Positions 11,514 to 20,444 are shown, counted from the stretch's first letter. The stretch: DNA of 21,941 bases from Octopus sinensis (GCF_006345805.1 NW_021837021.1:1-21941), one strand, 5' to 3'. Translations and numbers: made by a program. The notes: a model not told the origin generated them from the sequence alone.

Positions 11514-12310
11514 TCATTCATCATCATTGTTCGACCGTGGTCGAGACAATGGAATTTACCATGCTACGCCAGACTTCACGGTCCATCATGGCATTACGGA
11601 GGTCCTGTTGCTGGATGCCTGTATCCCTGGATATTACATCAGGGTAGGAGAGTGTGCGCCCTCTGGTATTGCGAGTAGATGGCTTCCAGAGGAGAAGAGT
11701 AGAAATTACTTCTTTTTCAGCTCTACAACAATGTCCAGCAAACTGGACTCTCCTACCTTTCACAAGAGATGACACAGGTGGTAGTTTCCCATATATTTGC
11801 ATTTTGGTTGGATGACACTTCCACGAGAGATTTTGAGCTCTCATAAGGAGGCGAGTGTAGGTTCCATCCAACCGCCTCTCAAGCTTCTTTGATAACGTCC
11901 AGGTTTCTGAGCCATTTAGTAGGATTGGTTCGACTGTGGCTTTGAAGATTTCAAGTTTGAAGTCTCTACTTAGATTTGATGACCAGACCTTATGCATGCC
12001 ATTACAGGCTGACCAGGCTATACCCTTTCTAGTTAGAAAGTCTTTTCCAGATGATGATATGTATGACCCAAGATATTTATAATCAGAAACCATATTTAAG
12101 GGCGCATTGTTGAGAGTATGGATGATGCAATCACTGTTGGACAGGCACTTGTTTATGTATTCAGTTTTGGCCTCATTGAGGTAAAGACCTACACAATTTG
12201 AGGCTTGTTCAAGAGATTGTAAAAGAGACTGGGCATTGGAGAGAGAATCTTGATAGAGCGATGTCGTCAGCAAAGTCAGTGTCTGTCAAGTATCAGCTGG
12301 GTGTCTGGAA
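11512..12310 (-). mobile_element. RTE/RTEX-clade LINE, 5'-truncated; RT C-terminal half
   Basis: ORF 11524-12273 contains LN..KTEY, YKYLGS, ILL(N)GSETWTL..LDGTYTRLL and RRVQFAGHC.R. The catalytic YLTDTDFADDIAL (FADD at 12274-12263) lies in another frame, so there is a frameshift near 12255. The stop is followed directly by a (TGA)n-like tail at 11527-11512. Confidence 0.93.
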
Positions 12311-12325
12311 CACACACACACGCTC

Positions 12326-12401
<76 letters not shown>

Positions 12402-12472
12402 TGTTGTGTGTGTGTGTGTGTGTTGTAGTATGTGTATGTATGTATGTATGTATGTATGCATGTATGTATGTA
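12311..12472. repeat. (CA)/(TA)/(TG)/(TATG) microsatellite
   Basis: Seen directly. Confidence 0.95.
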
Positions 12473-12560
12473 CGTTACATAGAAATACAACAAAAAGGAG
12501 ACGGAATTTCATTCAAGGGAAATACCGCGTTATAGCTGGAACTTAAGACAATCTCTTCCC

Positions 12561-12722
12561 ACATTATTTACATTATTTACATTCGACGGATATTTGTCCT
12601 CATCTTGTTGTTGATGAATGCTGGAGGGTATATCAGCCGAAACAAACAAGATGAGGACAAATATCCGTCGAATGTAAATAATGTAAATAATGTACATAAT
12701 TCCTCATCTCATAAATATGGAA
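12561..12722. mobile_element. Collapsed PLE-type fold-back: perfect 49-bp inverted repeat around a broken hammerhead
   Basis: 12561-12609 is the exact reverse complement of 12645-12693. The 35-nt spacer holds TGATGAA-tGCTGGAGGGTATATCAGCC-GAAAC. Same family as 13439-14044. Confidence 0.85.
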
Positions 12723-12944
12723 TTAGAATCGCTTCTCAACTTACAAGAATTTGCCTGGCGTCGTTTTCACAGATATGGAGTTTGCATGGTTCTTTCAGCA
12801 CTCTGAAGATCGTGATTTACCGTCAAATGATCTGGCAGTTATTTCTTTCTTTTCATTTTTTTTTCCATTCATTTTTGTCAACCGTTACATGTACGTAATC
12901 CTTTTTGCTATAGGCACGATGTCTGAAATCTTTTTAGAGTAAGA

Positions 12945-13070
12945 CGATTACACCGACCTCAGTGTTTTAACTGATAAACATTTCATTAATCCCGAAAGGA
13001 CGAAAGGTAGAATCGACCTGGGCGGAATTTGAACTCATAACGTAGAGACGGACGAAATGCCGCTAAACAC
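12945..13070 (-). mobile_element. OR-like SINE fragment
   Basis: Minus strand GTTTAGCGGCATTTCGTCCGTCTCTACGTTATGAGTTCAAATTCCGCCCAGGTCG...CCTTTCGTCCTTTCGGG matches 605-740. Confidence 0.8.
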
Positions 13071-13205
13071 ATTCATACGACAGGCTTTCGCTCAGTTTCC
13101 GTCAGCGAAATTTCCTGTCAAATGATAACGGTCAACTCAAAGCTACGAAAGAAGATAAACAAGCCAGGATTGTCGAAGAGAGAGACGGAAGCTGGAACCA
13201 CGTAC

Positions 13206-13383
13206 CTGTGAGTCGAACCTCTCATCCACAAATCCACGCTGCTGCCTACGAACAAAGGACAACGTTAACTGCAACGAAGCGGTAACGATCAACCTTTTCA
13301 GTTGATAGTCTGACAGATTATCGATCTTGTCTGCTAGCTGTGGCACAACCATATTGGTAATGAACTCATCAACAACAATTAAT
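13206..13383 (-). CDS. Candidate internal coding exon (178 nt) of an unidentified host gene
   Basis: Acceptor CTGTTTTCAACAG| and donor CAG|GTACGT. Only one of three frames is open: LIVVDEFITNMVVPQLADKIDNLSDYQLKRLIVTASLQLTLSFVRRQQRGFVDERFDSQ. No homology was recognised. Confidence 0.45.
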
Positions 13384-13493
13384 CTGTTGAAAACAGTTTT
13401 CCTAAAAGCTTTGTAAATGAAATATGCAAATATAGATTCATTATTTACATTATTTACATTCGACGGATATTTGTCCTCATCTTGTTTGTTGTT

Positions 13494-13539
13494 AACACAA
13501 AGTTTCGGCTGATATACCCTCCAGCCTTCATCAGGTGTC
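13494..13539 (-). ncRNA. Minimal type I hammerhead ribozyme (stem III mutated)
   Basis: GACAC-CUGAUGA-A-GGCUG(10 nt)CAGCC-GAAAC-UUU-GUGUU. Stem I is GACAC/GUGUU. G16.2 is replaced by U relative to the other arm. Confidence 0.75.
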
Positions 13540-13624
13540 TTGGGGGAATTTCGAACCTGGGTTCTCATTCCTAAGGTATTTTTCGATGTTGTTGTTGTTG
13601 TTGTTATTATTATTATTATTATTA

Positions 13625-13671
<47 letters not shown>

Positions 13672-13677
<6 letters not shown>

Positions 13678-13756
13678 TCACTGCTTGGAATCGAACTCGG
13701 AATCTTTGGGTTAGTTGCCCGCGCTCTTACCACTACGCCAAATGCCCGTGGGCATT
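13672..13756 (-). promoter_or_regulatory. tRNA-derived Pol III internal promoter (SINE head)
   Basis: A box TGGCGTAGTGG (13740-13730), B box GTTCGATTCC (13696-13687), anticodon-arm-like GGG-CAACTAA-CCC. Confidence 0.75.
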
Positions 13757-13795
13757 ATATTAATAATAATAATGATGATAATAATAATAATAATA

Positions 13796-13849
<54 letters not shown>

Positions 13850-13910
13850 CAACAACAACAACATCGAAAAATACCTTAGGAATGAGAACCCAGGTTCGAA
13901 ATTTCCTCAA

Positions 13911-13956
13911 GACACCTGAAGAAGGCTGGAGAGTATATCAGCCGAAATGTTGTGTT
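13911..13956 (+). ncRNA. Minimal type I hammerhead ribozyme
   Basis: GACAC(13911-15)-CUGAAGA(13916-22)-A-GGCUG/CAGCC(13924-28/13939-43)-GAAAU-GUU^GUGUU; predicted cleavage after 13951. Confidence 0.75.
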
Positions 13957-14059
13957 AACAACAAGCAAGGTGAGGACAAATATCCGTCAAATGTAAATAA
14001 TGTAAATATTGTACATAATTCCTCATCTCTTAAATACAGAACTGAATATAGATTCATGT

Positions 14060-14241
14060 TATTCTTTCATTTCTTTCAGTCATTTGACTGCGGCCATGCT
14101 GGAGCACTACCTTTAGTCGAACAAATCGACTTCAGGACTTATTCGTTGTAAGCTTAGTATTTATTCTATCGGTATCTTTTGCCGAACCCCTAAGTTTCGA
14201 GGACGTAAGTACACCAACATCGGTTGTCAAGCGATGGCGGA

Positions 14242-14288
<47 letters not shown>

Positions 14289-14405
14289 GACGGGCTTCTT
14301 TCAGTTTCCGTCTGCCAAATCCACTCACAAGGCTTTTGTCGGCCCGAGGCTATAGCAGAAGACACTTGCCCAAGGTGCCAAGCAGTGGGACTGAACCCGG
14401 AACCA
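14060..14405 (-). mobile_element. OK-like SINE with internal (CA)n, 5' end of head missing
   Basis: Matches 1627-1965 throughout. Confidence 0.9.
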
Positions 14406-14490
14406 TCGAGTCTTTCAACGAAACCCTTCGAGGCAGTGCTCCAACATGACCGCAACGCAATGACTGAAACAAGTAAAAGATAGAATATAA
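14406..14490 (+). mobile_element. OK-like SINE tail fragment, opposite orientation, abutting the previous copy
   Basis: GAGGCAGTGCTCCAACATGACCGCAACGCAATGACTGAAACAAGTAAAAGA. Confidence 0.8.
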
Positions 14491-15145
14491 AAAGTCTCAT
14501 AAGACCTGTACAAAGATGGTCTTTTCCTGCCGGAACATTTTTATGGTACTTCATTCCTTTGTAGAATATAAATAAACCGTACATTAAATACACGTCTTTA
14601 TTTATTTATCTCTTTTTACCTGTCTATGATAAGGTATTAAAAAATCGATGCTTAGTTCCCAGACGTAATCAAAACGACCATAGCATAAAAAAGAAATTCT
14701 TCGATCGTACGAAAACAAAGAAAATTTAGGAAACATTGATGCGCCACGCTCGTCTCTTTATTGCACTGCACCCAACATGGCCGACTACTGGATTAATAAT
14801 GTGATTAACACGTTGCCGTATGACATAGCAAGCTGCAAACTTAAATAAAACATGTCTGAGTATAATAATATAATAGACTGGCGATGTGTGATTGGGTAGA
14901 GCTGGGATAATAGCCGCGAAGTATTATTCGGTACATTTTAATTGTGTCATGAGCGAACGATGAATTGAGCAAGGCCATTCGACAACAAAACCAACAACAA
15001 CAGCAGCAGCAGCAACAACAACTACGTTAAGAGCAAGTATTGTAGTGACACAAATACATACATACCTACATAAATATATATATGCGTGTGTGTTTGTATG
15101 TGTACATACACACATACACATACATACACATACACAAACAAACAT

Positions 15146-15571
15146 ATTCTTTTATTCTTTTACACGTTGCAGTCATTAGACTGCGGCCATGCTGGGGCAT
15201 AGCCTTGAATTTTTTGTAGTCGAATGAATCAACCCCAGTATTTATTGTTTTTTAAAGCTCGGTACTTATTCTATCGGTCTCTTTTGCCGAACCGCAATGT
15301 TACGGGAACGCAACACACCAACACCGGTTGACAAACGGTGGAGTGGGGGACAAATACAGACACAAAGACACATACACACACACTCACATACACCACACAC
15401 AGACACACAAGACAGGCTTCTTTCAATTTCCGTCTCCCAAATCCACTCACAAGGCTTTCGTCGGCCCGAGACTATAGTTGAAGACGTTTGTCCAATTTGC
15501 CACGCAGCAAGACTGAACCCGGAACTATGTGGTTGGTAAGCAAGCTACTTACCACACATCCACGCCTGCGC
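15146..15571 (-). mobile_element. OK-like SINE, full length
   Basis: Head GCGCAGGCGTGGATGTGTGGTAAG at the right end, internal CA-rich tract, tail CAGCATGGCCGCAGTCTAATGACTG at the left end. Confidence 0.9.
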
Positions 15572-15660
15572 ACTCCACACAGCTATATATAAAATAATGA
15601 AGGCAGCTCTACTCAATATAAAGCGAAAAAGAAAAAAATCACTTGTCACAAATTGTGACT

Positions 15661-15735
15661 GAGGGCCCGGGATAGCACCTACATTGGGGGCCCAGAGTAG
15701 CACCTACATTGAGGGCCCAGGGTAGCGCCTACATT
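15661..15735. repeat. 3 x 25-bp GC-rich minisatellite
   Basis: Units at 15661-85, 15686-710 and 15711-35; consensus GAGGGCCCAGGGTAGCACCTACATT. Confidence 0.92.
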
Positions 15736-15774
15736 CCTAGATAAAAGAGTTAGAAAAAAAAAAACCTTATACAG

Positions 15775-15902
15775 GACAGGTTTCTTTCGATTTCCAGCTA
15801 CGAATCCTCTCATAAGGCTTTGAATGGCCCGAGGTGCCCTGCTATGGGACTGAACCCAAGACCATGTTGTTAGGAAACAAACTTTTTACCCCACAGCCAC
15901 AT
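15775..15902 (-). mobile_element. Degenerate OK-like SINE 5' half
   Basis: GGCCCGAGGTGCC...GGGACTGAACCC...CCACAGCCAC matches 1860-2000 with a deletion. Confidence 0.7.
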
Positions 15903-16011
15903 GAATTTGTGCATCTATCATATTTAATGAAAATATATAATGATAGCCAAAGCCATATAACCTGAGGTATTCGTCCGGAGACGAAAACTGTATATATGTA
16001 TATATATATAT

Positions 16012-16331
16012 ATATTGTTGTATTTAGGCAAGGTCATTTTTTCTCTTGCCAAATAAACTCACGCAATAGATATATATATTCGTTCTTCATTTGCTTATCG
16101 TTGTTCTTATTTTTTATGTCCATTTTCTAGACGCCTTTCGTCTAGACGCCTGTTACGTCTTCAGCGACGAAGTTAAATGGAGGGTCACTGAAGAGGTCAC
16201 AGGCGTGCAACGAAAGGTTTCCACACAATGGACATGAAATAAAAACAACAATAAACAAGTGAAGAACAAATATCTATTGCGTGAGTTTATTTGGCAAGAA
16301 AAAAGTGACCTTCCCGAAATATAAACAATAT
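16012..16331. mobile_element. Older fold-back element, second family, with degenerate hammerhead cores in both arms
   Basis: 16012-16164 is a diverged reverse complement of 16188-16331 and shares an exact TCTTGCCAAATAAACTCACGCAATAGATAT block. Plus strand: CTGAAGA(16188-94)...ACAGGCGT...ACGAAAGG(16212). Minus strand: CTGAAGA(16164-58)...ACAGGCGT...ACGAAAGG(16139). Confidence 0.75.
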
Positions 16332-16368
16332 GTATGCGTATTTATGCATAAATATACTTTATTAAAAA

Positions 16369-16455
16369 GCACCAAAATATCACAAAAGCTGTTACTCAGA
16401 GTTTCACGTTCCTGTTAGAAACTCTGAGTAACAGTTTTTGTGATATTTTTGGTGC
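16369..16455. repeat. 37/38-bp inverted repeat with 12-nt loop
   Basis: 16369-16405 versus 16418-16455: one mismatch and one indel. Confidence 0.9.
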
Positions 16456-16459
16456 GGAG

Positions 16460-16570
16460 ATGACTGTCCGCAAGTGCGCATTCCGTGAGTCACAGTGGCT
16501 GTTCCAGCGCATTTTCCTTGGAATCCTCCGGGGCAACGCCTCTTCTATTTTCTCAGCTGGGGTCATGAGG
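16460..16570 (+). pseudogene. Relic C-terminus of a restriction-like-endonuclease non-LTR retrotransposon (CRE-like)
   Basis: RESQWLFQRIFLGILRGNASSI resembles the terminal ..FLFQRLS.AIQRGNA.S. motif of CRE-type ORFs; matched by eye only. Confidence 0.55.
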
Positions 16571-17782
16571 TGGTCTGAATTACAAGAAATCGAGAGAATG
16601 GTAGAATTCCGTAGTTGGTCAGTATACCAAAAAGAGACACACTTGAATATTACGTATTCAATATATCTATACATACACACACGCACATTCAACATGGACA
16701 CAGTTTGCGAACAACGAAAGTGCATTTCTAAGGATACATTAAGTGTTTCACTGTTCCAAGGATCAATAAAATATCTTTTGAACTTCTAGAATATTAGCTC
16801 AAATGACTGAAGAACTTTTGAGAAATGGCTTTTCAAAACAGGACTTTCAAAGGAAATAATTACCTAATTTGCTAAGTTACAACAATAAATGTATTCGACA
16901 ATTTCAGATTAATCTATATGTAAGAAAAAAAAATGGTTGCCTCTATGTGCTAAGCTAAGTAAGTTATTCTGCTGGCCATGCTTGTGTAGCGTGTAACCAT
17001 TTTCAAATAGTAGCGCCAATTTGTGGTAGTTGGCAATATGACGTAATGTCGTATTGCCGAAGAAATATGATTTTCGTTTTTCCATTGGTTAATATAACTG
17101 CTCATATAGGAATTCTAAAAGTTAGTTAAACAATATTTTTATGTGATTTCGATTCTTTTAAGTCAAGTTGAGCAGTTATAAAAACCCTAGATTTTGGGAA
17201 AAACTTCAGTGTTTGTTGGATGTAACTAAACTCCACGACACTCACTCCTTTGAGACGTTGGTTATATTTTTATGCCATGTCTATGAAAAATCCAACACTT
17301 GTTATTTAATTTTGGAGTGGTAAAGTTTATGATGAAAACATAAACGTTCTCAAAGACATACGAAATCTTTTTAGATCTTAAAACATTTGGGAATGTTCCG
17401 ATAGACTTACAAGTAGATGCGTATAAAAAAAAACTGCATGATGAAATTTGGTGAAAGAGATCTATTCTGCAGCGATTCAGTTATTGTTCTCGGGCGACAG
17501 AAATTATCATTTCGGGGTCATTTTGAATCCAAAGAATCACAGAAATTATAAAGAACTCTTATATTCAATCAGTAAAAGTGTTTAAATCCATTATAACAGC
17601 GACCCCTTCTCTGGTTATGTTACGAAACTAAATAGTTTTCATTTTAGCGAATTCCTTTCTCCCGACTCCAATTTCATGCCGTCTCGGCCAGGCGAGGGCC
17701 AACATATTTATATCATCTCTGATCGTGCATTTATGATTTAGGTCATTCACCAGACACTTTATTCTTTCTATTGAGTTTTTAA

Positions 17783-17787
17783 ATGTG

Positions 17788-17818
<31 letters not shown>

Positions 17819-18000
17819 TGTGGTGTGTGTGTGTGTGTGTGTGTGTGAATGTGTGCATTGGTTCATGTAGAACGAATGGGAGGAGTGCTAAATATATATT
17901 GTAAAGAATATGTTTTATATATTTATTCACACACACACACACACACATATGTATATATATAAGTATATTTGTATGTAAGCGTGTATGCATTTATGTATGC
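17783..18000. repeat. (TG)n, (CA)n and (TA)n microsatellites
   Basis: Seen directly. Confidence 0.9.
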
Positions 18001-18295
18001 TTGTGTCTACGCATGTTTGTATAGCTCCGTCAACAATAAAATGACTGAAGTTTTTAAAAATATAATGCAGAGCGAATATAAAACATGACATCATATTGAT
18101 TCCAAAATGTTTGTTAGATCAGAGACACAACTAACGGACTGGCCAACGTGAATGAGAGCCGGACATTACTAATTCTCAGGAACTGAAATGAAATCTGACA
18201 TTTTAGTATTATATTTGGAAAATTCACATTTCTAAAGAACACGAAGTCACTCTCCAGTCTGTCCCTATTCGTCATATTTTCCTAAGCATTGTTCG

Positions 18296-18607
18296 AAGTG
18301 GAGGCACATGGCCTAGTGATTAGAGCAGTGGACTCGCGGTCGAGGGATCGCGGGTTCGAACCTCAGACCGGGCGATGTATATGTTTATGAGCGAAAACAC
18401 TTAAGTTCCACGCGGCTCCTGCAGAAGGTAATGGCGAACTTCTGCTGACTCTTTCGCCACAACTTTCTCTCACTCTTTCCTCCTGCATCTTGCAGCTCAC
18501 CTGCGATGGACTGGCGTCCCGTCCAGGTGGGAAACCTATACGCCAAGGAAACCGGGAAACCGGCCCTTATGAGCCAGGCATGGCTCGAGAAGGAACAAAT
18601 AAACAAC
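18296..18607 (+). mobile_element. Full-length tRNA-derived SINE with 12-bp TSD (1 mismatch); same head as 5230-5538, different 3' half
   Basis: A box TGGCCTAGTGA, B box GGTTCGAACC, shared block CCACAACTTTCTCTCACTCTTTC, then CCTGCGATGGACTGGCGTCCCGTCCAGG. TSD AAGCATTGTTCG (18284-95) / AAGCATTCTTCG (18608-19). Confidence 0.9.
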
Positions 18608-18802
18608 AAGCATTCTTCGCCGCACCAACACCCAACGTCACTGGCAATGCTTAGCGGGAAACTCTTAAGGACTTTGATAGTATGACTTTTTTTCAAATTA
18701 TACAATATTCGTTTCGACGTAATTAAATTTTCAGATCTAATATTTTGAAAAACAAAGTCAAAAACCATTTGGTATTGTTCCTGATTGGTTATCAAAATTG
18801 AA

Positions 18803-19251
18803 AGCAGAAGCATTGGCTGTGTGGTTAAGAAACTCGCTTCACAAGCATGGGGTTTCGGGTTCAGTCCCACTGAGTGGTACCTTGGGTTGTTCCTTCAACT
18901 ATATTTTCAACCAATATCTTGTGAGATATTGGTTGGATGAAAACTCTGTAGCATGCTGCCCTATATATATATATATACGTATGTATACATACATGCATGT
19001 ATGCATGTACATATGTATGTCTGCAGGTAGGTGTGTATATATATATGTACGTCTTTGTGTTGGTTGGACGTAAACCAACCAACACAAAGTAACTCAGCGA
19101 TTTGGTGAAAGAGACCGATTGAATAAGTACCAGACTTAGAAAACCAAACAAACAAAAAATAACTACTGGGAATCGGTTTATTCGACTAAACCCTTGAAAG
19201 CAGTACTCCAGCATGGCCGCAGTCCAATGACTGAAACAAGCAACGGATAAA
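18803..19251 (+). mobile_element. OK-like SINE, full length, with two internal perfect hairpins
   Basis: Head TGGCTGTGTGGTTAAG...GGGTTCAGTCCCACTG, tail CTCCAGCATGGCCGCAGTCCAATGACTGAAACAAG. Confidence 0.85.
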
Positions 19252-19277
19252 ACACACTAATATACAATAGAGCAAAG

Positions 19278-19490
19278 GTGGAGAGGTGGCAGAATCGTTA
19301 CAGCGTCGCAAAAAAATGCGTCGCAGCATTTTGTCCGTCTTTCTGAATTTAAATACCGCACCGAGTTTGTCTTTGCCTTTCATTCTTTCGGGGTCGATGA
19401 AATAAGCACCAGTTGCGTACTGGGGCCAATGTAATCGGTTTACTTCCTTCTCTGAAATTGCCGGCGTTGTGCCAATAGTTGAAGCTAATA
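19278..19490 (+). mobile_element. OR-like SINE
   Basis: TGGCAGAATCGTTA head and central CTTTGCCTTTCATTCTTTCGGGGTCGATGAAATAAGCACCAG; the 3' tail differs from 740-800. Confidence 0.8.
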
Positions 19491-19756
19491 TATATTAGAG
19501 CAATTAAAAATGATAGTGCTGAATTACGATATGACATTTTTCATAACGTCTGATTGCGGATATTAAGAATATGCATTGTAGTCACAACACAAACAACACA
19601 CTTAGATAACAATCTGCTCTCAAACACGCCACCTCTCACTCAACGTTTCTTTGGTATCTTTGTGCATTTAAGTGGATGACTTTTAAATAGACAGCAATAC
19701 GTGATCCGCTTGTAATGTGGGATGTCCGGTTGTGCAGCAACTGACACACAATAGAT

Positions 19757-19811
19757 GACAGACAGACAGACAGACAGAAAGACAGACAGACATACAGACA
19801 GACAGACAGAC

Positions 19812-19869
<58 letters not shown>

Positions 19870-19985
19870 AGGAAATATCGGGCTCCAAGTATTTTCTTTA
19901 CTATATATATAATACATATATATATATTATATATAATATATATATATAGATATATATATACATACATACATACATACACATATAT

Positions 19986-20083
<98 letters not shown>

Positions 20084-20095
20084 TATATATATAAA
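19757..20095. repeat. (GACA)n(GATA)n and (TA)n microsatellites
   Basis: Seen directly. Confidence 0.95.
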
Positions 20096-20286
20096 TAGAT
20101 GAGTGTATTTTTACCTTGTTAACAATTAACACGGAAAAATAAATAAATAGTTACCAGGGCAGCAAAATCTCACAAGTAAAGATGTTGCAACTCCTTGTTT
20201 ATAAAGGTTGAACTTCGTGTTTACGTTGAATATTTTGAATAATATGAATAAAAAATGGAGTTAACGCAGTTTAAACAAGTATTTTT

Positions 20287-20372
20287 ACTTTCTACACATG
20301 TTTCGAAAATTCCACTGATACTATTCAAAAGAATAAATGGTATAAACAATGCAATCTTCTCTTCGGGAAAGT
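20287..20372 (-). ncRNA. Type I hammerhead ribozyme (U4C core variant), identical to 20741-20826
   Basis: Exact reverse complement of the plus-strand copy; predicted cleavage between 20293 and 20292. Confidence 0.75.
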
Positions 20373-20444
20373 GAAAAAAACGAAACTCGTCAATACGACA
20401 TTTTAGCAAAAAATGATGGATTTGTATAGCGATAGACATACCGC

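Larger units (their letters stand above)
13439..14044. mobile_element. Fold-back element: two inverted PLE-type hammerhead arms around a tRNA-derived head
   Basis: Arms 13439-13590 and 13860-14011 differ at 10 of about 152 nt by my count and are extended inward by (AAC)n(AAT)n tracts. The centre 13672-13756 carries A and B boxes on the minus strand. The right arm has a further ~33-nt tail. Confidence 0.85.

Noticed and set aside
13540-14151. 203-aa plus ORF and the 5' half of the 196-aa minus ORF 13143-13733
   Set aside because: They run through (AAT)n/(AAC)n tracts and the mirrored hammerhead arms; the poly-I/L/N/T runs are repeat artefacts.
15661-15735. CRISPR-like appearance of 25-bp repeats
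   Set aside because: The units are directly adjacent with no spacers, in eukaryotic DNA.
16396-16574. Minus-strand exon candidate with a strong acceptor (DHLMTPAEKIEEALPRR...)
   Set aside because: No good donor, it runs into a palindrome, and the opposite strand matches a retrotransposon motif better.
17628-17760. Minus-strand open frame (ERIKCLVNDLNHK...)
   Set aside because: Short, weak acceptor, no recognised homology.
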